Source of the DNA: Patescibacteria group bacterium
Lineage (GTDB): Bacteria > Patescibacteriota > Patescibacteriia > Buchananbacterales > SURF-54
DNA: 55,995 nt
Direction of reading: 5' to 3'
Assembly: GCA_018818885.1 (NCBI GenBank)
Contig: JAHIRB010000035.1
Span: 1-55,995, forward strand
Of the stretch, positions 19,609 through 28,217 are shown one piece after another. Within the stretch, counting starts at the first letter, position 1; every line of letters begins with the position of its first letter. A program made the translations under genes and the position numbers. The notes under the pieces are model-generated. The model had not been told where the DNA came from, ran no database searches, and worked only from the letters and a program-made list of their open reading frames with translations.

Positions 19609-20526
19609 ATATAACACGGCATAGCCGGTTCGCTCGCTAAATAAAATCATTTTTTTACCACTCATATATGAAAGACGTTATACAATTCATAAAACCGAGA
19701 ATCGTGAAGGTCACTTGCCCAGGTCTCGATTCAAAAGGAACAGGGTTTCTAATATCAGAGGATGGTCACATAGCGACAAATTTCCACGTTATTGGGCAAG
19801 TTGACCAAAACGGACGCGTCAATTATGCAAAACAAATTATTGTCTCAAATTCTATTATTGAAGATGTAGAAGCCAATATTGTTCACAATGTTAAGGATAC
19901 CGCGTCCGTTTTGCACGATTACTCTATAATTAAAATCGACAAAAATGGCCTAGATTATTTTGAGTTAGGTGAAGGAGCAGATGTAGAAGAGGGAGATGAA
20001 GTTTACTTTGGTGGATTCCCAATAACTCAAAATAATCTCACCTCTCATAAAGGGCATGTATCTTCATTACGTGAAGCACCAACGCGTTTTGGTACTGATC
20101 TTCAAAAAGTTATTGATATTGACGGTACCGTTGTTGGCGGTAATTCAGGTGGCCCTTTATTATTCAAAAAGGACGGCAAACACTTAGTCGTTGGAATCAT
20201 TAGTCAACAAGTAGCATACTTATCAGAGGCCTTTCAACATCTAGAGCAATTTCTAAAAGTACAGATGACAAATCCAAATTCAGGAGGTGTTTTTATTGGT
20301 GGGGTTAATCCAAATGCCGCCCTTTTTGAAACTATCAAAACGCTTAAAACTAACTTATCTACCGGTATCGGAACGGCCATTTTTGTCGATTATATGAAGA
20401 CGGAATTTGAGGAAATAAAAAAATGATTTTATTTTTAACGCTCGCTCACCCAAATTTGGCAGTGGTGGGTCGCGTTTGCTCCCAATTTTACCACTGCCAA
20501 ACTTCGGCTATGCCGAAACGTTGTGC
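19609..20526 (+). other. attC-like site 1 (918 bp, carries a gene)
   Basis: ATATAAC-A-CGGCATAGCCG ... CGGCTATGCCG-AAAC-GTTGTGC. Confidence 0.85.
19668..20426 (+). CDS. trypsin-like serine protease inside attC1
   Basis: GTGF, TNFHV (His), DYS (Asp), GGNSGGP (Ser). Confidence 0.9.
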   Translation: MKDVIQFIKPRIVKVTCPGLDSKGTGFLISEDGHIATNFHVIGQVDQNGRVNYAKQIIVSNSIIEDVEANIVHNVKDTASVLHDYSIIKIDKNGLDYFELGEGADVEEGDEVYFGGFPITQNNLTSHKGHVSSLREAPTRFGTDLQKVIDIDGTVVGGNSGGPLLFKKDGKHLVVGIISQQVAYLSEAFQHLEQFLKVQMTNPNSGGVFIGGVNPNAALFETIKTLKTNLSTGIGTAIFVDYMKTEFEEIKK

Positions 20527-20558
20527 GAAATTCGCCAGCAATTTAACTAATAAAACAG

Positions 20559-21068
20559 ATGTCGGAAATTTTTGAAATTAAAGAAAGCGGCAGTTTGGGC
20601 CGAGGATTATTCGCCACAAAGCTAATAAAAAAAGGCGAGAAAATTTTAGAATTCACGGGTCCAATTATCTCTATCAAGGAGGCACTGCAAAAACCACCAG
20701 AAAAATTATCATGCCCTTTGCAAATCGGGCCGACCGAATATATAGACATACAAGAACCTGGCGTTTTAGCTAATCATTCTTGCTCGCCAAATGCTGGCGT
20801 AAAAAATGATCATTACCTTGTGGCTATCCAAGACATCTTACCTGGCAATGAAATTTTTTATGATTATTCAACGACAATGGATGAAGATAATTGGACCCTA
20901 GAATGTAAATGCGGAAGCCCAAACTGCCGCCACATCATAGGAGATTTCCGACATCTTCCGATCGAAGTTCAAAAAAAATATTTAGAATTAAATATAGTCC
21001 AGTCCTTTATTGCGAAAAAATTGCTGGCGAACATCGCACAACACGGCATATCCGGCTCAGAAAATTGA
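20559..21068 (+). CDS. cassette 2: SET-domain protein with post-SET motif
   Basis: GRGLFA, ANHSCSPN, EIFYDY, CKCGSPNCR. Confidence 0.92.
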   Translation: MSEIFEIKESGSLGRGLFATKLIKKGEKILEFTGPIISIKEALQKPPEKLSCPLQIGPTEYIDIQEPGVLANHSCSPNAGVKNDHYLVAIQDILPGNEIFYDYSTTMDEDNWTLECKCGSPNCRHIIGDFRHLPIEVQKKYLELNIVQSFIAKKLLANIAQHGISGSEN

Positions 21069-21164
21069 CACAATTAAATTTAAAAGGGGTGTCAATTTTC
21101 TTCGACCCAAATTTTTGTTCCGCTACGCTACACAAAACCTTCGGATAATGCCGATACGTTATAC
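21036..21164 (+). other. attC-like site 2
   Basis: GCACAAC-A-CGGCATATCCG ... CGGATAATGCCG-ATAC-GTTATAC. Confidence 0.85.
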
Positions 21165-21229
21165 GACATTGCCCTTCGCCCGCCTAGAATGTAAACTTTT
21201 ATATATTTAGCAAATCTTTTCAAATTATT

Positions 21230-22081
21230 ATGATTAAAACCAAAGTCCTAAAGAAGATAAGCCAACAACAACTGGATAAAAAACTAAAGCTCAATATAGA
21301 GAATAAATATGTTGAGGGAGAACAATGGTTCAAAAATCCAGAATTATGGTATGAATTAACAGCTTTTTCAAATCCTTACATAACTGTTTACTCTGAACTT
21401 GTTCTGTTAATTCAAAATCTGAATAAAATTTCTGGATTTTTATCTGACAAAGCTTTAGTTTTTTATGGTCTTGGCACAGGAGATACAGAAATTATTTTAG
21501 TCAATTCTATACTTCAAAAAGAAAAAGTTGTTGATGTTGTTGGCTTAGAAATACAAGCACAATTTATCGATGGATTTATTCAATCCCTTCAAAATATCGC
21601 CCTTGAAAATGATGAATATGAAATAAACTTTTTGGGTATTCATGGATTATTTCAAGATACAAAAAAAGAATATTTGAAAATTAACAATAAAAAACAAGCT
21701 CACATAATTTTAGGAAATACTATAGGTAATTTTAAAGAAGAAGAAATTTTTCAAATCTTCAATAACTTGATGAACAAGGGCGATATTTTACTCGCAGGAT
21801 TTCAAACAGATGAAAACATGAATAAAGTTTTCAAGCAATATTCAGAGAATAAAATGTTTAACAATTTCATTAGAAAAACAATCCCAAATTGCGATGAACT
21901 AAAATGGAAGATCAATCAAGAAGAATCGCAAATTGAAGCATGGAGTGGTGACGTGCTTGTTTTTCATTCAAAAAAGAAAAATCCTGCGAGTATGATAAAT
22001 TGTGTCAAGGACTTTGGTTTTAAAAAGTTGTATAGTACAAACGATACTAATTCTTGTATTCAGATATTTGAAAAGATTTGA
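21230..22081 (+). CDS. cassette 3: SAM-dependent methyltransferase, EgtD-like
   Basis: YGLGTGD motif I; LGNTIGNF; GD.LL.GF. Confidence 0.7.
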   Translation: MIKTKVLKKISQQQLDKKLKLNIENKYVEGEQWFKNPELWYELTAFSNPYITVYSELVLLIQNLNKISGFLSDKALVFYGLGTGDTEIILVNSILQKEKVVDVVGLEIQAQFIDGFIQSLQNIALENDEYEINFLGIHGLFQDTKKEYLKINNKKQAHIILGNTIGNFKEEEIFQIFNNLMNKGDILLAGFQTDENMNKVFKQYSENKMFNNFIRKTIPNCDELKWKINQEESQIEAWSGDVLVFHSKKKNPASMINCVKDFGFKKLYSTNDTNSCIQIFEKI

Positions 22082-22144
22082 ACGGCGGGCTACGGGCAAC
22101 GCTTCGGGGACGCTGCGCTTTCGTCGCTATCGCTCCTCACCCTC

Positions 22145-22240
22145 GTATAACAAGGATTATGAGGAAAATGGCTCAGCTCGCCATTTTCCCAAATTTGCTC
22201 CACTGCGTTCCGCAAACTTCTCATAATCCTGACGTTATCG
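22145..22240 (+). other. attC-like site 3 (shortest, 96 bp)
   Basis: GTATAAC-A-AGGATTATGAG ... CTCATAATCCT-GAC-GTTATCG. Confidence 0.88.
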
Positions 22241-22259
22241 GAAATAATTTTAGGCTCTT

Positions 22260-22694
22260 ATGAACGAAGAACAATCAAAAAAAATTATGAGGCTTGCTAT
22301 TGAGGAGGCAAAGAAATCCTCAGAACCACTGAAGTGTGGTGTTGTCATTGTTAAGAATGAAGAGGTGATTGCGAAAACATACAACTCTCAGCGAGAATCA
22401 AAAAATTCTTCAGCCCATGCTGAAATAAAAGCTTTAGGAGTGGCTGGACAGATAGTGGACAATAAAAATCTTGATGGTTGCGACATTTTTTGTACTTGTG
22501 AACCGTGTATTATGTGTGTTTCCGCAATCACTTTTGCAAAAATTAGGCGTCTTTATTATGGGATTTCTTTGTCTGACGTTTCACCGAAAGATAAACGAAT
22601 AGATATCAGTATTGATGAATTTTTCCAAAAATCGCCTCATAAATTCGAAGTGATAAAGAATTTTTTAGAAGAAGAATGCAAGGTACTAATTTGA
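22260..22694 (+). CDS. cassette 4: zinc-dependent nucleoside deaminase
   Basis: HAE and PCIMC zinc motifs. Confidence 0.92.
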   Translation: MNEEQSKKIMRLAIEEAKKSSEPLKCGVVIVKNEEVIAKTYNSQRESKNSSAHAEIKALGVAGQIVDNKNLDGCDIFCTCEPCIMCVSAITFAKIRRLYYGISLSDVSPKDKRIDISIDEFFQKSPHKFEVIKNFLEEECKVLI

Positions 22695-22711
22695 TCGCCT
22701 AAAATTACATC

Positions 22712-22851
22712 CGATAACAGCGTGTATGAGGTTCAAAAAAAGTGCGTTAATAATACCTAAAGGCTGCACTTTTTCTTTCACCCAAATTTCGCCTCCTATA
22801 TAATTAAAATAAGGAAGTCGGCGAAACTTCTCATACACGCAAACGTTAGGC
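22712..22851 (+). other. attC-like site 4
   Basis: CGATAAC-A-GCGTGTATGAG ... CTCATACACGC-AAAC-GTTAGGC. Confidence 0.9.
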
Positions 22852-22879
22852 GAAATAAGATTTAAACAAAAATTATTTT

Positions 22880-23149
22880 ATGGCAACAAAACCTTGGACA
22901 AGAAATCAAAAAATTGCTGTATGGGGGGTTATAGCCGTAATCATTATGGGTGTACTCGGATGGTTTATTAAAATAGATTTAGAAATATCTTATATACAAA
23001 GTCAAATTGAACAAATTCAGATAGATAAAGCGAACATAAAATCATTAGTTGTTGATGAATTTTTAAAAACCTGCCCACCAGGAACAACTACTTCGACTAT
23101 TGAATTTGTCGATGAAGGAATTAAATTTGGATGTATAATCCCAGAATAA
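22880..23149 (+). CDS. cassette 5: single-TM hypothetical protein
   Basis: 89-aa ORF filling the cassette. Confidence 0.75.
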   Translation: MATKPWTRNQKIAVWGVIAVIIMGVLGWFIKIDLEISYIQSQIEQIQIDKANIKSLVVDEFLKTCPPGTTTSTIEFVDEGIKFGCIIPE

Positions 23150-23190
23150 TTTTTGTTTAAATCTTACTCTCCGCTCCGCCCTATCGGGTC

Positions 23191-23733
23191 GCCTAACACG
23201 GGCTAGCCGGTTCGCAGTATGCACTTTGAAACAAACATTTTTAGGAAGCTGCCCAAATCAACCAAAGGAGGCCTACTATGATTTTGGGATTAACAAAAGA
23301 AGATTTAGAGAAACCAACAATTACAGAGGTAGAAGAAGTTCGCGTACATGACGGAAGGGGGGGTGCTGCCACAGTACGAGTCGGCGATCAAGTTGAAGTT
23401 TTCAAACCAGAAGAAAATAAATTGACTCTGGCCTATCTCGGCCCCGGGCCATACACTATTGAATGGACGGCGCAATGGAGATGTGGCCGAGATTTCCTTC
23501 AACTGACAACGCCGACAAAAGGTAAGGGCAAAGGCGTTAACGCTTCCAAATTTCAAATCGTCTCATAGTTTCATTATGGACGCACAAAAACGGGAAGGCA
23601 TACTTTCGCCTTCCCGCTTCCTAAAAATGTTTGTTTATTTATCACGCTCACCCAAATCCCACACCTATTTTAGTAAATTTCAAATAATAGCACAAAATAT
23701 GTGAGGGACTTCGGCTAGCCCGAAACGTTATGT
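23191..23733 (+). other. attC-like site 5 (543 bp, carries a gene)
   Basis: GCCTAAC-A-CGGGCTAGCCG ... CGGCTAGCCCG-AAAC-GTTATGT. Confidence 0.88.
23278..23568 (+). CDS. hypothetical protein inside attC5
   Basis: AAGGAGG SD; enclosed by a perfect 21-bp IR (23229-23249/23616-23636). Confidence 0.8.
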   Translation: MILGLTKEDLEKPTITEVEEVRVHDGRGGAATVRVGDQVEVFKPEENKLTLAYLGPGPYTIEWTAQWRCGRDFLQLTTPTKGKGKGVNASKFQIVS

Positions 23734-23770
23734 GAAATTTATTTTTGTTTTTATCTAATAAACACGTAAT

Positions 23771-24202
23771 ATGAATAAATCTTTTTCTCTTTTTCTCGAA
23801 CAACTAAAAAAACTTAATCTACCAAAAGGCAAATTCGCTATTTTCGGAAGTGGCCCCCTGGGTATAAGAAATATCAGAGACACCCATGATCTTGATCTTA
23901 TTGTAGATGAATCGCTTTTTGACGAGTATAAAAATATGCCGAGCTGGGAGTTTAAAAGTTTTGACAGAGATGATCGTCATGTTGAGATGATTGAAAATAG
24001 CGGAATTGAGTTCTACAAAACATGGGGGCCGGGCGATTGGGATACTCGCCAGTTAATTGATAATGCGGAAATTATTGATAATTTGCCTTTTGTAAAATTA
24101 GAGGAAGTAAAAAAGTGGAAGAAAATATCAGGAAGAGAAAAAGATTTAAAAGATGTCCAACTAATAAACGAGTATTTGGAAAAGTCACAAAAACAAAAAT
24201 AA
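23771..24202 (+). CDS. cassette 6: putative minimal nucleotidyltransferase-fold protein
   Basis: FGSGPL...DTHDLDL (GS plus DxD). Confidence 0.6.
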   Translation: MNKSFSLFLEQLKKLNLPKGKFAIFGSGPLGIRNIRDTHDLDLIVDESLFDEYKNMPSWEFKSFDRDDRHVEMIENSGIEFYKTWGPGDWDTRQLIDNAEIIDNLPFVKLEEVKKWKKISGREKDLKDVQLINEYLEKSQKQK

Positions 24203-24207
24203 ACATC

Positions 24208-24337
24208 ACATAACAAAGAGTATGCGGTTCAGGAATTTTTCATTTATAATTTAATAAGGAGTAAAAAATTCCTTCACCCAAATTTTTTGTTCCGCTATCG
24301 CTACACAAAAAACTTCGCATACTCTTAAACGTTATGT
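24208..24337 (+). other. attC-like site 6
   Basis: ACATAAC-A-AAGAGTATGCG ... CGCATACTCTT-AAAC-GTTATGT. Confidence 0.9.
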
Positions 24338-24435
24338 GAAATATTGACTAGATTATTCTGGCATAAAATGTTTTTGCCGATAAAAAAGTCAGTGCGATTT
24401 TAAAACTGATAATCAAATAATTCCGTCAATACATC
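24332..24435 (+). other. cassette 7 body: no ORF
   Basis: ~100 bp between TTATGTGA and TCACATAA, bounded by TATTGAC/GTCAATA. Confidence 0.8.
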
Positions 24436-24585
24436 ACATAACACTGTGTATCTGGTTCCGTAAAAGAGAAAAATTAAATAATTCTCTATTTTTAAAAAGC
24501 CCTTTTTCAATTTTTTTTGACAAAGAAAAAACCGCCTCAACCTTTGTGGTATATTGGCGGTAAGCAGTCGGTCTGCTCAGTCCTT

Positions 24586-24762
24586 TTACTTTGTGCGAAA
24601 GAGCGGGCAAATCAGGTCGTGAAATTCTTTCAGTGATTCGTTCAACATGGTATGCCAAACGAATATTCCAACCTCGCGCTCTTTCAAAAGAGCAACCAAC
24701 TTTTCCGCCCTTTCCTGCAACGCGTCATGCGTAAGTTCTGTTTTTTGCTCGTTTTCAGCCAT
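24586..24762 (-). CDS. 58-aa hypothetical protein inside attC7 (below the ORF-track cutoff)
   Basis: MAENEQKTELTHDALQERAEKLVALLKEREVGIFVWHTMLNESLKEFHDLICPLFRTK; GAAAGGAG SD, own promoter, terminator ACCGCC/GGCGGT. Confidence 0.75.
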   Translation of the reverse strand: MAENEQKTELTHDALQERAEKLVALLKEREVGIFVWHTMLNESLKEFHDLICPLFRTK

Positions 24763-24820
24763 TTCTACTTCTCCTTTCAGGTTAGTTGGTAATATTTAAT
24801 ACCAAATTTGGTATCGTTGC

Positions 24821-24849
24821 ATTGTAGCAGAAAACTGTCCCTCTGTCAA
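24821..24849 (-). promoter_or_regulatory. promoter of antisense module in attC7
   Basis: TTGACA-17-TACAAT with TGn extension. Confidence 0.85.
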
Positions 24850-25033
24850 GTCCAGCGACCAAAAAAAATTGAAAAAGGGCTTTAATAAGGTAAATTATTT
24901 AATTTTTCTTTTTTACTCCACCCAAATTTTTGCCTTTCCTTTCTTTTAGAATATAATAAGGAAGAAAGGCAAAAACTTCAGATACACAGAAACGTTAGGC
25001 GAAATTAATTTATTAACCTTTAATCAAAATCAT

Positions 25034-25249
25034 ATGGAAAAATTTGAAAGAGCTCCACAAGAGCCACAATCAACGGAAGAGGCAGTATCACGTTTTCTTG
25101 ACGGAGATAATAATGCCGCAGTGTCTTTTTTGCGAAATCACCGCGATGAAATCGGTGAATTCTGTTTACAAATCCGCGACACATACCAAAAAAATGACAC
25201 TGCGACTCCTTTTTTGGAATTGGCAAAGTTAATTGATTCGTTGCTATAA
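25034..25249 (+). CDS. cassette 8: hypothetical protein
   Basis: 71-aa ORF filling the cassette. Confidence 0.7.
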   Translation: MEKFERAPQEPQSTEEAVSRFLDGDNNAAVSFLRNHRDEIGEFCLQIRDTYQKNDTATPFLELAKLIDSLL

Positions 25250-25270
25250 ACGGTTAATAAATTAACTATC

Positions 25271-25411
25271 GCCTAACAGCGTGTATGAGGTTCAAGAAAA
25301 AGTGCGTTAATAATTTTCAGCGGTTGCACTTTTTCTTTCACCCAAATTTCGCCTCCTCTATAATGAAAATAAGGAAGTCGGCGAAACTTCTCATACACGC
25401 AAACGTTATGT
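25271..25411 (+). other. attC-like site 8 (near-copy of site 4)
   Basis: GCCTAAC-A-GCGTGTATGAG ... CTCATACACGC-AAAC-GTTATGT. Confidence 0.9.
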
Positions 25412-25523
25412 GAAATAGCCAGAAATTTTTTTATTATTTTTTAGATTTTTTTTGGCAATTTATTTCGGTCGAACATAGCTTGTGATATAATTTAATCAGC
25501 TTAATAATTTAACCAATAAAATT

Positions 25524-25802
25524 ATGAAAAACCCAGAAATGAGTCCTGAGCAACCAAAAAAGTGGGAAACTCTAACCACTGAGCAAATAATTGAGAGGAT
25601 AAAATCAAACTCTGAAGCACAAGAAAAAGCTTTTGGTAGTGTTCTTACTGAAGAACAGTTTAAAGAAAGATTTCCTCATAATTCAGCAAAAGTCGAAGAT
25701 ATTCAAAATATGATGCTAGCGTTAGGGTTAGAGCTTCCCACTCAAGAAGATGTAGAGCAAATGATGCAACAAGGCGAAGAAAATGATCAGGAAGAAAAAT
25801 AA
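25524..25802 (+). CDS. cassette 9: acidic hypothetical protein
   Basis: 92-aa ORF; TGnTATAAT upstream. Confidence 0.75.
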   Translation: MKNPEMSPEQPKKWETLTTEQIIERIKSNSEAQEKAFGSVLTEEQFKERFPHNSAKVEDIQNMMLALGLELPTQEDVEQMMQQGEENDQEEK

Positions 25803-25846
25803 ATTGCCAAAAAATACATTAAGGAAAAGAAATTTCTGTCTACATC

Positions 25847-26350
25847 ACATAACATGTTGTATCTGGCTACGCTAAATAATAATTTATTTTCTCTACTTAT
25901 ATGGGTATCAAAGTTGAATTTAACCCCGACCTCGCTTTAAGGAATATTTCCGAATTTAAAAACGGTAATCGTAAAATTGAAGAATGTATTCCTGAAAGCC
26001 TTGAGGAAGGCAAAACATATCCGTTTTTAAAATGCGATCAACGTAATTACTGGCTTTATGGTGCAATACCTTTAATCGAAACCAAAGGCAATGAGATTTT
26101 ATCACGTCCTAAGGCTAAAATTATTCTGCTGGAAGCCACGCACTTTGCTGTTGATAACGTAACGTATACTAAAGGCTTTTACAAAGTAATTGAGGTCTTT
26201 AAGGATGACGATATACATTTTGAATGTTTTGATCCGGTGGGAACGAGAAAATAAATTATTATTTAGCTCCGCCCAAATTTCTTCTTCTTTTTTATTATTA
26301 ATTTAATAATGAAGCGAAGAAGAAACTTCAGATACAACAAAACGTTATGT
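25847..26350 (+). other. attC-like site 9 (504 bp, carries a gene)
   Basis: ACATAAC-A-TGTTGTATCTG ... CAGATACAACA-AAAC-GTTATGT. Confidence 0.88.
25901..26254 (+). CDS. hypothetical protein inside attC9
   Basis: 117-aa ORF enclosed by a perfect 23-bp IR (25871-25893/26245-26267). Confidence 0.8.
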   Translation: MGIKVEFNPDLALRNISEFKNGNRKIEECIPESLEEGKTYPFLKCDQRNYWLYGAIPLIETKGNEILSRPKAKIILLEATHFAVDNVTYTKGFYKVIEVFKDDDIHFECFDPVGTRK

Positions 26351-26383
26351 GAAAAACAATAAATTCATAATAACATATAAATA

Positions 26384-27034
26384 ATGGGGTTCAATAAAAA
26401 GGAAGTTAATAAACTATTAGCATCTTGCCACAGAAGATGCTGCATTTGCCATAAATTCTGCGGGGTCAAAATGGAAACTGATCATATCGAACAAAAATTC
26501 ATCTCGCAGAATGATTCTATTGAAAATGCAATTCCAGTCTGTTTTGAATGTCATGCCGAAATCCATCTTTATAATGACAAACATCCACGTGGCAGAAAAT
26601 TTTCATCCGAAGAGTTGCATGAGCATAAGCGTCAATGGCTGGAAATATGCGAAAAAAATCCTGAGATGTTTATTCAACCACTCCAAAGAAGTGATGTAGG
26701 TCCTCTTCAGTCGTTGGCAGATGAACTAAAATTCAATGTAGCTATCAAACAGTATCAAGATTCTAATGTTGGATATTTCTGTCCTTTTGAGGTTAAGCAG
26801 TTTGACAGATCATTAAATGATGGCTATATCTCTATATTAAATGATAGTTTAGCAGATTCCTTAACTAACACTTATATTCAAATTAAATTGGCAAATACAG
26901 CACTCAATGCTATTACTTCGGCGCCTTGTGAAAGAGATCGAGGATTAGCCAAAAATAGACTCCAAGATGTATTAAGAATAATGGGTACAAAGATTGATGA
27001 AACTTATAAATTGCTTAAAAATCAATTAGAGTGA
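26384..27034 (+). CDS. cassette 10: HNH endonuclease domain protein
   Basis: CCIC...DHI...N.I.VCFECH..IH. Confidence 0.85.
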   Translation: MGFNKKEVNKLLASCHRRCCICHKFCGVKMETDHIEQKFISQNDSIENAIPVCFECHAEIHLYNDKHPRGRKFSSEELHEHKRQWLEICEKNPEMFIQPLQRSDVGPLQSLADELKFNVAIKQYQDSNVGYFCPFEVKQFDRSLNDGYISILNDSLADSLTNTYIQIKLANTALNAITSAPCERDRGLAKNRLQDVLRIMGTKIDETYKLLKNQLE

Positions 27035-27100
27035 ATTTATTGTTCTTCGCCTAACACGGGTTAGCCGGTTCACGCTGGCTAAATAAAATTATTCAATATT

Positions 27101-27676
27101 ATGAAAACTATTATAAAATTAATAAATCTAGCGGCCCTACTTGGGTCAGTTGCATGGCTATCCAAAGATACTAATTGGGAACCATTACTATTATTTCTTG
27201 CCTTATTAGCCGCATTCTTAGGGCAGGAAATCTTACCAACAATTAAAAAAGTGAACAAAGAAGACAAAAAGCTAGGAGAATTATTTCTTAAAGAATTCCC
27301 CTCAAACGGTAAAAGTTGCTTATTTTTAAAAGAACATGAGCTACACAATCCATTCCGCCAATCACAACTTGATGAAATTGAAAAATTCTTAAGTGAATGG
27401 GATAACACCGAACATGAGTTCTTAAATAAAAAATTAGAAAGAATAAAAAAAGAACTACTCTCTAAAATTAATAAATTTTTATCTTCGTTGTTTACTTTGG
27501 TAAGAGCCCATGATAGTGATGTTAATATATTAACAACCAAGCTAAGCGGGGCGTACAATAAAGAGGTAGAAGAAGAAAATGATTTAAAAATAGCTGGACT
27601 AAACAAAATGGCAACTGATATATATAAAAAACATCAAATACTAACAAAAAAGATAAAAAGAATCTTAAATTCTTAG
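27101..27676 (+). CDS. N-terminally membrane-anchored hypothetical protein inside attC10
   Basis: 191 aa, two N-terminal hydrophobic segments; 20-bp IR 27081-27100/27679-27698. Confidence 0.8.
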   Translation: MKTIIKLINLAALLGSVAWLSKDTNWEPLLLFLALLAAFLGQEILPTIKKVNKEDKKLGELFLKEFPSNGKSCLFLKEHELHNPFRQSQLDEIEKFLSEWDNTEHEFLNKKLERIKKELLSKINKFLSSLFTLVRAHDSDVNILTTKLSGAYNKEVEEENDLKIAGLNKMATDIYKKHQILTKKIKRILNS

Positions 27677-27729
27677 CTAATATTGAATAATTTTATTTTT
27701 AACGCTTGCTAATAAAATAATTTAAAAAT

Positions 27730-28023
27730 ATGGAAAATCAAATATTTAAAAAATTTACCTTATGGGATTCAGTAGTTTTACTGGTTTTAATACTTATTGC
27801 TATACCATCAATACTTGGAGTATTAGAAGCTGTAACTGGTCAAGACTATTATCAAATGACGGTTTATCTTTTTATATCGGCTATAATCTTGTTTGGAATT
27901 TTCAAATATTCAAAAAAGTTGGTGAGCAATATAAAAAATGCAGAAACTAAAAAAAGAGCAACTATAATATCAGCAGTATTGATAATCATTACCCTGCTAT
28001 TCTTTTTCAGACTATTTTTTTAA
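27730..28023 (+). CDS. 3-TM hypothetical protein inside attC10
   Basis: 97 aa; 18-bp IR 27711-27728/28017-28034. Confidence 0.75.
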   Translation: MENQIFKKFTLWDSVVLLVLILIAIPSILGVLEAVTGQDYYQMTVYLFISAIILFGIFKYSKKLVSNIKNAETKKRATIISAVLIIITLLFFFRLFF

Positions 28024-28217
28024 ATTATTTTATTTAACGCGCTCACCCAAATCCCGCCATGGGCGGGACTTCGGCTAACCCGAAACGTTAGGTAACATTT
28101 TATTCAAAATCTTTTAAATTTAATAATAGAGCCCTTTTGAAATTTTTTAAGAAAAAAGAAAGGGCTCCGCTCACTATTTTTAGTGGGGAGCCCTGATGAG
28201 CGGAGGACGCACGACAG

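Larger units (their letters stand above)
24436..25000 (+). other. attC-like site 7 (565 bp, carries an antisense transcription unit)
   Basis: ACATAAC-A-CTGTGTATCTG ... CAGATACACAG-AAAC-GTTAGGC. Confidence 0.88.
27049..28093 (+). other. attC-like site 10 (1045 bp, carries two genes)
   Basis: GCCTAAC-A-CGGGTTAGCCG ... CGGCTAACCCG-AAAC-GTTAGGT. Confidence 0.87.

Noticed and set aside
24434-24658. 74-aa minus-strand ORF in attC7
   Set aside because: It runs through the terminator, IR and att arm; the SD-led 58-aa ORF at 24586-24762 fits the promoter.
27079-27606. 175-aa minus-strand ORF
   Set aside because: Antisense shadow of 27101-27676; the + ORF is the one bracketed by the IR.
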